Origin: the human T2T-CHM13v2.0 reference genome, Homo sapiens
Reading direction: 5' to 3' (one strand)
Assembly: GCF_009914755.1 (NCBI RefSeq)
Contig: NC_060925.1
Length of the DNA: 64,000 bases
The notes beneath the pieces were generated by a model. It searched no databases and was not told where the DNA came from. It was given only the letters and a program-made list of their open reading frames with translations. Below are positions 28,501 through 42,400 of the stretch, piece after piece (positions within the stretch are counted from its first letter, which is position 1; the number at the start of each line of letters is the position of its first letter). The position numbers and the translations under genes are program-made.

Positions 28501-31500
28501 ATCATCGAATAAAATTGATTAAAATCATCATCCAATGGAATCGAATGGTATCATTGAATGGAATCGAATGGAATCATCATCAGATGGAAATGAATGGAAT
28601 CGTCATAGAATGGAATCGAATGGATTCATTGAATGGAATCAGATGGAATCATCGAATGGACTGGAATGGAATCATTGAATGGACTCGAAAGGGATCATTA
28701 TTGAATGGAATTGAATGGAATCATCGAATGGTCTCGATTGGAATCATTACCAAATGGAATCGAATGGAATCACCGAATAGAATCGAATGGAACAATCATC
28801 GAATGGACTCAAATGGAATTATCCTCCAATGGAATCGAATGGAATTATCGAATGCAATCGAATGGAATTATCGAATGCAATCGAATAGAATCATCGAATG
28901 GACTCGAATGGAATCATCGAATGGAATGGAATGGAACAGTCAATGAACTCGAATGGAATCATCATTGAATGGAATCGAATGGAATCATCGAGTGGAATCG
29001 AATGGAATTATGATCAAATGGAATCGAATGTAATCATCATCAAATGGAATCAAAAATAACCATCATCAATTGATATTGAATGGAATTGTCATCAAATGGA
29101 ATTCAAAGGAATCATCATCAAATGGAACCGAATGGAATCCTCATTGAATGGAAATGAAAGGGGTCATCATCTAATGGAATCGCATGGAATCATCATCAAA
29201 TGGAATCGAATGGAATCATCATCAAATGGAATCTAATGGAATCATTGAACAGAATTGAATGGAATCGTCATCGAATGAATTGAATGCAATCATCGAATGG
29301 TCTCGAATGGAATCATCTTCTAATGGAAAGGAATGGAATCATCGCATAGAATTGAATGGAATTATCATCGAATGGAATCGAATGGTGTCAACACCAAACG
29401 GAAAAAAACGGAATTATCGAATGGAATCGAAGAGAATCTTCGAACGGACCCGAATGGAATCATCTAATGGAATGGAATGGAATAATCCATGTACTCGAAT
29501 GCAATCATCATCGAATGGAATCGAATGGAATCATCGAATGGACTCGAATGGAATAATCATTGAACGGAATCGAATGGAATCATCATCGGATGGAAACGAA
29601 TGGAATCATCATCGAATGGAAATGAAAGGAGTCATCATCTAATGGAATTGCATGGAATCATCATAAAATGGAATCGAATGGAATCAACATCAAATGGAAT
29701 CAAATGGAATCATTGAACGGAATTGAATGGAATCGTCATCGAATGAATTGAATGCAATCATCGAATGGTCTCGAATGGAATCATCTTCAAATGGAATGGA
29801 ATGGAATCATCGCATAGAATCAAATGGAATTATCATCGAATGGAATCGAATGGAATCAACATCAAACGGAAAAAAACGGAATTATCGAATGGAATCGAAG
29901 AGAATCATCGAATGGACCCGAATGGAATCACCTAATGGAATGGAATGGAATAATCCATGGACTCGAATGCAATCATCATCGAATGGAATCGAATGGAATC
30001 ATCGAATGGACTCGAATGGAATAATCATTGAATGGAATCGAATGGAATCATCATCGGATGGAAATGAATGGAATCATCATCGAATGGAATCGAATAGAAT
30101 TATGGAATGAAATCCAGTGTGATCATCATCGAATGGACCCGAATGGAATCATCATCCAACGGAAGCTAATGGAATCAACATCGAATGAATCGAATGGAAA
30201 CACCATCGAATTGAAACGAATGGAATTATCATGAAATTGAAATGGATGGACTCATCATCGAATGGATTCGAATGGAATCATCGAATAAAATTGATTGAAA
30301 TCATCATCCAATGGAATCGAATGGTATCATTGAATGGAATCGAATGGAATCATCATCAGATGGAAATGAATGGAATCGTCATAGAATGGAATCGAATGGA
30401 TTCATTGAATGGAATCAGATGGAATCATCGAATGGACTGGAATGGAATCATTGAATGGACTCGAAAGGGATCATGATTGAATGGAATTGAATGGAATCAT
30501 CGAATGGTCTCGATTGGAATCATTATCAAATGGAATCGAATGGAATCACCGAATAGAATCGAATGGAACAATCATCGAATGGACTCAAATGGAATTATCC
30601 TAAAATGGAATCGAATGGAATTATCGAATGCAATCCAATGGAATTATCGAATGCAATCGAATAGAATCATCGAATGGACTCGAATGGAATCATCGAATGG
30701 AATGGAATGGAACAGTCAATGAACTCGAATGGAATCATCATTGAATGGAATCGAATGGAATCATCGAGTGGAATCGAATGGAATTATGATCAAATGGAAT
30801 CGAATGTAATCATCATCAAATGGAATCAAAAATAACCATCATCAATTGGTATTGAATGGAATTGTCATCAAATGGAATTCAAAGGAATCATCATCAAATG
30901 GAACCGAATGGAATCCTCATTGAATGGAAATGAAAGGGGTCATCATCTAATGGAATCGCATGGAATCATCATCAAATGGAATCGAATGGAATCATCATCA
31001 AATGGAATCTAATGGAATCATTGAACAGAATTGAATGGAATCGTCATCGAATGAATTGAATGCAATCATCGAATGGTCTCGAATGGAATCATCTTCTAAT
31101 GGAAAGGAATGGAATCATCGCATAGAATCGAATGGAATTATCATCGAATGGAATCGAATGGTATCAACAGCAAACGGAAAAAAACGGAGTTATCGAATGG
31201 AATCGAAGAGAATCTTCGAACGGACCCGAATGGAATCATCTAATGGAATGGAATGGAATAATCCATGGACTCGAATGCAATCATCATCGAATGGAATCGA
31301 ATGGAATCATCGAATGGACTCGAATGGAATAATCATTGAACGGAATCGAATGGAATCATCATCGGATGGAAACGAATGGAATCATCATCGAATGGAAATG
31401 AAAGGAGTCATCATCTAATGGAAATGCATGGAATCATCATAAAATGGAATCGAATGGAATCAACATCAAATGGAATCAAATGGAATCATTGAACGGAATT

Positions 31501-33380
31501 GAATGGAATCGTCATCGAATGAATTGAATGCAATCATCGAATGGTCTCGAATGGAATCATCTTCTAATGGAAAGGAATGGAATCATCGCATAGAATCGAA
31601 TGGAATTATCATCGAATGGAATCGAATGGTATCAACAGCAAACGGAAAAAAACGGAGTTATCGAATGGAATCGAAGAGAATCTTCGAACGGACCCGAATG
31701 GAATCATCTAATGGAATGGAATGGAATAATCCATGGACTCGAATGCAATCATCATCGAATGGAATCGAATGGAATCATCGAATGGACTCGAATGGAATAA
31801 TCATTGAACGGAATCGAATGGAATCATCATCGGATGGAAATGAATGGAATCATCATCGAATGGAATCGAATAGAATTATGGAATGAAATCCAGTGTGATC
31901 ATCATCGAATGGACCCGAATGGAATCATCATCCAACGGAAGCTAATGGAATCAACATCGAATGAATCGAATGGAAACACCATCGAATTGAAACGAATGGA
32001 ATTATCATGAAATTGAAATGGATGGACTCATCATCGAATGGATTCGAATGGAATCATCGAATAAAATTGATTGAAATCATCATCGAATGGAATCGAATGG
32101 TATCATTGAATGGAATCGAATGGAATCATCATCAGATGGAAATGAATGGAATCGTCATAGAATGGAATCGAATGGATTCATTGAATGGAATCAGATGGAA
32201 TCATCGAATGGACTGGAATGGAATCATTGAATGGACTCGAAAGGGATCATGATTGAATGGAATTGAATGGAATCATCGAATGGTCTCGATTGGAATCATT
32301 ATCAAATGGAATCGAATGGAATCACCGAATAGAATCGAATGGAACAATCATCGAATGGACTCAAATGGAATTATCCTCAAATGGAATCGAATGGAATTAT
32401 CGAATGCAATCGAATGGAATTATCGAATGCAATCGAATAGAATCATCGAAAGGACTCGAATGGAATCATCGAATGGAATGGAATGGGACAGTCAATGAAC
32501 TCGAATGGAATCATCATTGAATGGAATCGAATGGAATCATCGAGTGGAATCGAATGGAATGATGATCAAATGGAATCGAATGTAATCATCATCAAATGGA
32601 ATCAAAAATAACCATCATCAATTGGTATTGAATGGAATTGTCATCAAATGGAATTCAAAGGAATCATCATCAAATGGAACCGAATGGAATCCTCATTGAA
32701 TGGAAATGAAAGGGGTCATCATCTAATGGAATCGCATGGAATCATCATCAAATGGAATCGAATGGAATCATCATCAAATGGAATCTAATGGAATCATTGA
32801 ACAGAATTGAATGGAATCGTCATCGAATGAATTGAATGCAATCATCGAATGGTCTCGAATGGAATCATCTTCTAATGGAAAGGAATGGAATCATCGCATA
32901 GAATCGAATGGAATTATCATCGAATGGAATCGAATGGTATCAACACCAAACGGAAAAAAACGGAATTATCGAATGGAATCGAAGAGAATCTTCGAACGGA
33001 CCCGAATGGAATCATCTAATGGAATGGAATGGAATAATCCATGGACTCGAATGCAATCATCATCGAATGGAATCGAATGGAATCATCGAATGGACTCGAA
33101 TGGAATAATCATTGAACGGAATCGAATGGAATCATCATCGGATGGAAATGAATGGAATCATCATCGAATGGAATCGAATAGAATTATGGAATGAAATCCA
33201 GTGTGATCATCATCGAATGGACCCGAATGGAATCATCATCCAACGGAAGCTAATGGAATCAACATCGAATGAATCGAATGGAAACACCATCGAATTGAAA
33301 CGAATGGAATTATCATGAAATTGAAATGGATGGACTCATCATCGAATGGATTCGAATGGAATCATCGAATAAAATTGATT
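19539..33380 (+). repeat. 4860-bp higher-order repeat (L+L+S), ~2.8 copies
   Basis: Markers at 19633, 19667, 19772, 20211, 21450 and 21469 recur at +4860 and +9720. tgatattg occurs at 24213 and 29073. Confidence 0.9.
23091..24398 (+). repeat. First 1308-bp short unit (one 468-bp subrepeat missing; late A-to-B junction)
   Basis: Single subrepeat with A-type markers (tctaatggaaagg, ggtatcaacacc, cttcgaacgg) running into the B-type end (ggaaatgaatgg...cgaatagaattatgg). The next unit starts 1308 bp later. Confidence 0.95.
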
Positions 33381-36300
33381 GAAATCATCATCCAATGGAA
33401 TCGAATGGTATCATTGAATGGAATCGAATGGAATCATCATCAGATGGAAATGAATGGAATCGTCATAGAATGGAATCGAATGGATTCATTGAATGGAATC
33501 AGATGGAATCATCGAATGGACTGGAATGGAATCATTGAATGGACTCGAAAGGGATCATGATTGAATGGAATTGAATGGAATCATCGAATGGTCTCGATTG
33601 GAATCATTATCAAATGGAATCGAATGGAATCACCGAATAGAATCGAATGGAACAATCATCGAATGGACTCAAATGGAATTATCCTAAAATGGAATCGAAT
33701 GGAATTATCGAATGCAATCCAATGGAATTATCGAATGCAATCGAATAGAATCATCGAATGGACTCGAATGGAATCATCGAATGGAATGGAATGGAACAGT
33801 CAATGAACTCGAATGGAATCATCATTGAATGGAATCGAATGGAATCATCGAGTGGAATCGAATGGAATTATGATCAAATGGAATCGAATGTAATCATCAT
33901 CAAATGGAATCAAAAATAACCATCATCAATTGGTATTGAATGGAATTGTCATCAAATGGAATTCAAAGGAATCATCATCAAATGGAACCGAATGGAATCC
34001 TCATTGAATGGAAATGAAAGGGGTCATCATCTAATGGAATCGCATGGAATCATCATCAAATGGAATCGAATGGAATCATCATCAAATGGAATCTAATGGA
34101 ATCATTGAACAGAATTGAATGGAATCGTCATCGAATGAATTGAATGCAATCATCGAATGGTCTCGAATGGAATCATCTTCTAATGGAAAGGAATGGAATC
34201 ATCGCATAGAATCGAATGGAATTATCATCGAATGGAATCGAATGGTATCAACAGCAAACGGAAAAAAACGGAGTTATCGAATGGAATCGAAGAGAATCTT
34301 CGAACGGACCCGAATGGAATCATCTAATGGAATGGAATGGAATAATCCATGGACTCGAATGCAATCATCATCGAATGGAATCGAATGGAATCATCGAATG
34401 GACTCGAATGGAATAATCATTGAACGGAATCGAATGGAATCATCATCGGATGGAAACGAATGGAATCATCATCGAATGGAAATGAAAGGAGTCATCATCT
34501 AATGGAAATGCATGGAATCATCATAAAATGGAATCGAATGGAATCAACATCAAATGGAATCAAATGGAATCATTGAACGGAATTGAATGGAATCGTCATC
34601 GAATGAATTGAATGCAATCATCGAATGGTCTCGAATGGAATCATCTTCTAATGGAAAGGAATGGAATCATCGCATAGAATCGAATGGAATTATCATCGAA
34701 TGGAATCGAATGGTATCAACAGCAAACGGAAAAAAACGGAGTTATCGAATGGAATCGAAGAGAATCTTCGAACGGACCCGAATGGAATCATCTAATGGAA
34801 TGGAATGGAATAATCCATGGACTCGAATGCAATCATCATCGAATGGAATCGAATGGAATCATCGAATGGACTCGAATGGAATAATCATTGAACGGAATCG
34901 AATGGAATCATCATCGGATGGAAATGAATGGAATCATCATCGAATGGAATCGAATAGAATTATGGAATGAAATCCAGTGTGATCATCATCGAATGGACCC
35001 GAATGGAATCATCATCCAACGGAAGCTAATGGAATCAACATCGAATGAATCGAATGGAAACACCATCGAATTGAAACGAATGGAATTATCATGAAATTGA
35101 AATGGATGGACTCATCATCGAATGGATTCGAATGGAATCATCGAATAAAATTGATTGAAATCATCATCGAATGGAATCGAATGGTATCATTGAATGGAAT
35201 CGAATGGAATCATCATCAGATGGAAATGAATGGAATCGTCATAGAATGGAATCGAATGGATTCATTGAATGGAATCAGATGGAATCATCGAATGGACTGG
35301 AATGGAATCATTGAATGGACTCGAAAGGGATCATGATTGAATGGAATTGAATGGAATCATCGAATGGTCTCGATTGGAATCATTATCAAATGGAATCGAA
35401 TGGAATCACCGAATAGAATCGAATGGAACAATCATCGAATGGACTCAAATGGAATTATCCTCAAATGGAATCGAATGGAATTATCGAATGCAATCGAATG
35501 GAATTATCGAATGCAATCGAATAGAATCATCGAAAGGACTCGAATGGAATCATCGAATGGAATGGAATGGGACAGTCAATGAACTCGAATGGAATCATCA
35601 TTGAATGGAATCGAATGGAATCATCGAGTGGAATCGAATGGAATGATGATCAAATGGAATCGAATGTAATCATCATCAAATGGAATCAAAAATAACCATC
35701 ATCAATTGGTATTGAATGGAATTGTCATCAAATGGAATTCAAAGGAATCATCATCAAATGGAACCGAATGGAATCCTCATTGAATGGAAATGAAAGGGGT
35801 CATCATCTAATGGAATCGCATGGAATCATCATCAAATGGAATCGAATGGAATCATCATCAAATGGAATCTAATGGAATCATTGAACAGAATTGAATGGAA
35901 TCGTCATCGAATGAATTGAATGCAATCATCGAATGGTCTCGAATGGAATCATCTTCTAATGGAAAGGAATGGAATCATCGCATAGAATCGAATGGAATTA
36001 TCATCGAATGGAATCGAATGGTATCAACACCAAACGGAAAAAAACGGAATTATCGAATGGAATCGAAGAGAATCTTCGAACGGACCCGAATGGAATCATC
36101 TAATGGAATGGAATGGAATAATCCATGGACTCGAATGCAATCATCATCGAATGGAATCGAATGGAATCATCGAATGGACTCGAATGGAATAATCATTGAA
36201 CGGAATCGAATGGAATCATCATCGGATGGAAATGAATGGAATCATCATCGAATGGAATCGAATAGAATTATGGAATGAAATCCAGTGTGATCATCATCGA

Positions 36301-36464
36301 ATGGACCCGAATGGAATCATCATCCAACGGAAGCTAATGGAATCAACATCGAATGAATCGAATGGAAACACCATCGAATTGAAACGAATGGAATTATCAT
36401 GAAATTGAAATGGATGGACTCATCATCGAATGGATTCGAATGGAATCATCGAATAAAATTGATT
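30034..36464 (+). repeat. 3084-bp (L+S) tandem duplication
   Basis: cctaaaat 30602/33686, gaaatgca 31424/34508, tgggaca 32487/35571 and gaatgatg all recur at +3084. Confidence 0.88.
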
Positions 36465-39400
36465 AAAATCATCATCGAATGGAATCGAATGGTATCATTG
36501 AATGGAATCGAATGGAATCATCATCAGATGGAAATGAATGGAATCGTCATAGAATGGAATCGAATGGATTCATTGAATGGAATCAGATGGAATCATCGAA
36601 TGGACTGGAATGGAATCATTGAATGGACTCGAAAGGGATCATTATTGAATGGAATTGAATGGAATCATCGAATGGTCTCGATTGGAATCATTATCAAATG
36701 GAATCGAATGGAATCACCGAATAGAATCGAATGGAACAATCATCGAATGGACTCAAATGGAATTATCCTCAAATGGAATCGAATGGAATTATCGAATGCA
36801 ATCGAATGGAATTATCGAATGCAATCGAATAGAATCATCGAAAGGACTCGAATGGAATCATCGAATGGAATGGAATGGAACAGTCAATGAACTCGAATGG
36901 AATCATCATTGAATGGAATCGAATGGAATCATCGAGTGGAATCGAATGGAATTATGATCAAATGGAATCGAATGTAATCATCATCAAATGGAATCAAAAA
37001 TAACCATCATCAATTGGTATTGAATGGAATTGTCATCAAATGGAATTCAAAGGAATCATCATCAAATGGAACCGAATGGAATCCTCATTGAATGGAAATG
37101 AAAGGGGTCATCATCTAATGGAATCGCATGGAATCATCATCAAATGGAATCGAATGGAATCATCATCAAATGGAATCTAATGGAATCATTGAACAGAATT
37201 GAATGGAATCGTCATCGAATGAATTGAATGCAATCATCGAATGGTCTCGAATGGAATCATCTTCTAATGGAAAGGAATGGAATCATCGCATAGAATCGAA
37301 TGGAATTATCATCGAATGGAATCGAATGGTATCAACACCAAACGGAAAAAAACGGAATTATCGAATGGAATCGAAGAGAATCTTCGAACGGACCCGAATG
37401 GAATCATCTAATGGAATGGAATGGAATAATCCATGGACTCGAATGCAATCATCATCGAATGGAATCGAATGGAATCATCGAATGGACTCGAATGGAATAA
37501 TCATTGAACGGAATCGAATGGAATCATCATCGGATGGAAATGAATGGAATCATCATCGAATGGAATCGAATAGAATTATGGAATGAAATCCAGTGTGATC
37601 ATCATCGAATGGACCCGAATGGAATCATCATCCAACGGAAGCTAATGGAATCAACATCGAATGAATCGAATGGAAACACCATCGAATTGAAACGAATGGA
37701 ATTATCATGAAATTGAAATGGATGGACTCATCATCGAATGGATTCGAATGGAATCATCGAATAAAATTGATTAAAATCATCATCCAATGGAATCGAATGG
37801 TATCATTGAATGGAATCGAATGGAATCATCATCAGATGGAAATGAATGGAATCGTCATAGAATGGAATCGAATGGATTCATTGAATGGAATCAGATGGAA
37901 TCATCGAATGGACTGGAATGGAATCATTGAATGGACTCGAAAGGGATCATTATTGAATGGAATTGAATGGAATCATCGAATGGTCTCGATTGGAATCATT
38001 ACCAAATGGAATCGAATGGAATCACCGAATAGAATCGAATGGAACAATCATCGAATGGACTCAAATGGAATTATCCTCCAATGGAATCGAATGGAATTAT
38101 CGAATGCAATCGAATGGAATTATCGAATGCAATCGAATAGAATCATCGAATGGACTCGAATGGAATCATCGAATGGAATGGAATGGAACAGTCAATGAAC
38201 TCGAATGGAATCATCATTGAATGGAATCGAATGGAATCATCGAGTGGAATCGAATGGAATTATGATCAAATGGAATCGAATGTAATCATCATCAAATGGA
38301 ATCAAAAATAACCATCATCAATTGGTATTGAATGGAATTGTCATCAAATGGAATTCAAAGGAATCATCATCAAATGGAACCGAATGGAATCCTCATTGAA
38401 TGGAAATGAAAGGGGTCATCATCTAATGGAATCGCATGGAATCATCATCAAATGGAATCGAATGGAATCATCATCAAATGGAATCTAATGGAATCATTGA
38501 ACAGAATTGAATGGAATCGTCATCGAATGAATTGAATGCAATCATCGAATGGTCTCGAATGGAATCATCTTCTAATGGAAAGGAATGGAATCATCGCATA
38601 GAATTGAATGGAATTATCATCGAATGGAATCGAAAGGTGTCAACACCAAACGGAAAAAAACGGAATTATCGAATGGAATCGAAGAGAATCTTCGAACGGA
38701 CCCGAATGGAATCATCTAATGGAATGGAATGGAATAATCCATGTACTCGAATGCAATCATCATCGAATGGAATCGAATGGAATCATCGAATGGACTCGAA
38801 TGGAATAATCATTGAACGGAATCGAATGGAATCATCATCGGATGGAAACGAATGGAATCATCATCGAATGGAAATGAAAGGAGTCATCATCTAATGGAAT
38901 TGCATGGAATCATCATAAAATGGAATCGAATGGAATCAACATCAAATGGAATCAAATGGAATCATTGAACGGAATTGAATGGAATCGTCATCGAATGAAT
39001 TGAATGCAATCATCGAATGGTCTCGAATGGAATCATCTTCAAATGGAATGGAATGGAATCATCGCATAGAATCAAATGGAATTATCATCGAATGGAATCG
39101 AATGGAATCAACATCAAACGGAAAAAAACGGAATTATCGAATGGAATCGAAGAGAATCATCGAATGGACCCGAATGGAATCACCTAATGGAATGGAATGG
39201 AATAATCCATGGACTCGAATGCAATCATCATCGAATGGAATCGAATGGAATCATCGAATGGACTCGAATGGAATAATCATTGAACGGAATCGAATGGAAT
39301 CATCATCGGATGGAAATGAATGGAATCATCATCGAATGGAATCGAATAGAATTATGGAATGAAATCCAGTGTGATCATCATCGAATGGACCCGAATGGAA

Positions 39401-42400
39401 TCATCATCCAACGGAAGCTAATGGAATCAACATCGAATGAATCGAATGGAAACACCATCGAATTGAAACGAATGGAATTATCATGAAATTGAAATGGATG
39501 GACTCATCATCGAATGGATTCGAATGGAATCATCGAATAAAATTGATTGAAATCATCATCCAATGGAATCGAATGGTATCATTGAATGGAATCGAATGGA
39601 ATCATCATCAGATGGAAATGAATGGAATCGTCATAGAATGGAATCGAATGGATTCATTGAATGGAATCAGATGGAATCATCGAATGGACTGGAATGGAAT
39701 CATTGAATGGACTCGAAAGGGATCATGATTGAATGGAATTGAATGGAATCATCGAATGGTCTCGATTGGAATCATTATCAAATGGAATCGAATGGAATCA
39801 CCGAATAGAATCGAATGGAACAATCATCGAATGGACTCAAATGGAATTATCCTCAAATGGAATCGAATGGAATTATCGAATGCAATCCAATGGAATTATC
39901 GAATGCAATCGAATAGAATCATCGAATGGACTCGAATGGAATCATCGAATGGAATGGAATGGAACAGTCAATGAACTCGAATGGAATCATCATTGAATGG
40001 AATCGAATGGAATCATCGAGTGGAATCGAATGGAATTATGATCAAATGGAATCGAATGTAATCATCATCAAATGGAATCAAAAATAACCATCATCAATTG
40101 GTATTGAATGGAATTGTCATCAAATGGAATTCAAAGGAATCATCATCAAATGGAACCGAATGGAATCCTCATTGAATGGAAATGAAAGGGGTCATCATCT
40201 AATGGAATCGCATGGAATCATCATCAAATGGAATCGAATGGAATCATCATCAAATGGAATCTAATGGAATCATTGAACAGAATTGAATGGAATCGTCATC
40301 GAATGAATTGAATGCAATCATCGAATGGTCTCGAATGGAATCATCTTCTAATGGAAAGGAATGGAATCATCGCATAGAATCGAATGGAATTATCATCGAA
40401 TGGAATCGAATGGAATCAACATCAAACGGAAAAAAACGGAATTATCGAATGGAATCGAAGAGAATCATCGAATGGACCCGAATGGAATCATCTAATGGAA
40501 TGGAATGGAATAATCCATGGACTCGAATGCAATCATCATCGAATGGAATCGAATGGAATCATCGAATGGACTCGAATGGAATAATCATTGAACGGAATCG
40601 AATGGAATCATCATCGGATGGAAATGAATGGAATCATCATGGAATGGAATCGAATAGAATTATGGAATGAAATCCAGTGTGATCATCATCGAATGGACCC
40701 GAATGGAATCATCATCCAACGGAAGCTAATGGAATCAACATCGAATGAATCGAATGGAAACACCATCGAATTGAAACGAATGGAATTATCATGAAATTGA
40801 AATGGATGGACTCATCATCGAATGGATTCGAATGGAATCATCGAATAAAATTGATTGAAATCATCATCGAATGGAATCGAATGGTATCATTGAATGGAAT
40901 CGAATGGAATCATCATCAGATGGAAATGAATGGAATCGTCATAGAATGGAATCGAATGGATTCATTGAATGGAATCAGATGGAATCATCGAATGGACTGG
41001 AATGGAATCATTGAATGGACTCGAAAGGGATCATGATTGAATGGAATTGAATGGAATCATCGAATGGTCTCGATTGGAATCATTATCAAATGGAATCGAA
41101 TGGAATCACCGAATAGAATCGAATGGAACAATCATCGAATGGACTCAAATGGAATTATCCTCAAATGGAATCGAATGGAATTATCGAATGCAATCGAATG
41201 GAATTATCGAATGCAATCGAATAGAATCATCGAAAGGACTCGAATGGAATCATCGAATGGAATGGAATGGGACAGTCAATGAACTCGAATGGAATCATCA
41301 TTGAATGGAATCGAATGGAATCATCGAGTGGAATCGAATGGAATGATGATCAAATGGAATCGAATGTAATCATCATCAAATGGAATCAAAAATAACCATC
41401 ATCAATTGGTATTGAATGGAATTGTCATCAAATGGAATTCAAAGGAATCATCATCAAATGGAACCGAATGGAATCCTCATTGAATGGAAATGAAAGGGGT
41501 CATCATCTAATGGAATCGCATGGAATCATCATCAAATGGAATCGAATGGAATCATCATCAAATGGAATCTAATGGAATCATTGAACAGAATTGAATGGAA
41601 TCGTCATCGAATGAATTGAATGCAATCATCGAATGGTCTCGAATGGAATCATCTTCTAATGGAAAGGAATGGAATCATCGCATAGAATCGAATGGAATTA
41701 TCATCGAATGGAATCGAATGGTATCAACACCAAACGGAAAAAAACGGAATTATCGAATGGAATCGAAGAGAATCTTCGAACGGACCCGAATGGAATCATC
41801 TAATGGAATGGAATGGAATAATCCATGGACTCGAATGCAATCATCATCGAATGGAATCGAATGGAATCATCGAATGGACTCGAATGGAATAATCATTGAA
41901 CGGAATCGAATGGAATCATCATCGGATGGAAATGAATGGAATCATCATCGAATGGAATCGAATAGAATTATGGAATGAAATCCAGTGTGATCATCATCGA
42001 ATGGACCCGAATGGAATCATCATCCAACGGAAGCTAATGGAATCAACATCGAATGAATCGAATGGAAACACCATCGAATTGAAACGAATGGAATTATCAT
42101 GAAATTGAAATGGATGGACTCATCATCGAATGGATTCGAATGGAATCATCGAATAAAATTGATTAAAATCATCATCGAATGGAATCGAATGGTATCATTG
42201 AATGGAATCGAATGGAATCATCATCAGATGGAAATGAATGGAATCGTCATAGAATGGAATCGAATGGATTCATTGAATGGAATCAGATGGAATCATCGAA
42301 TGGACTGGAATGGAATCATTGAATGGACTCGAAAGGGATCATTATTGAATGGAATTGAATGGAATCATCGAATGGTCTCGATTGGAATCATTATCAAATG

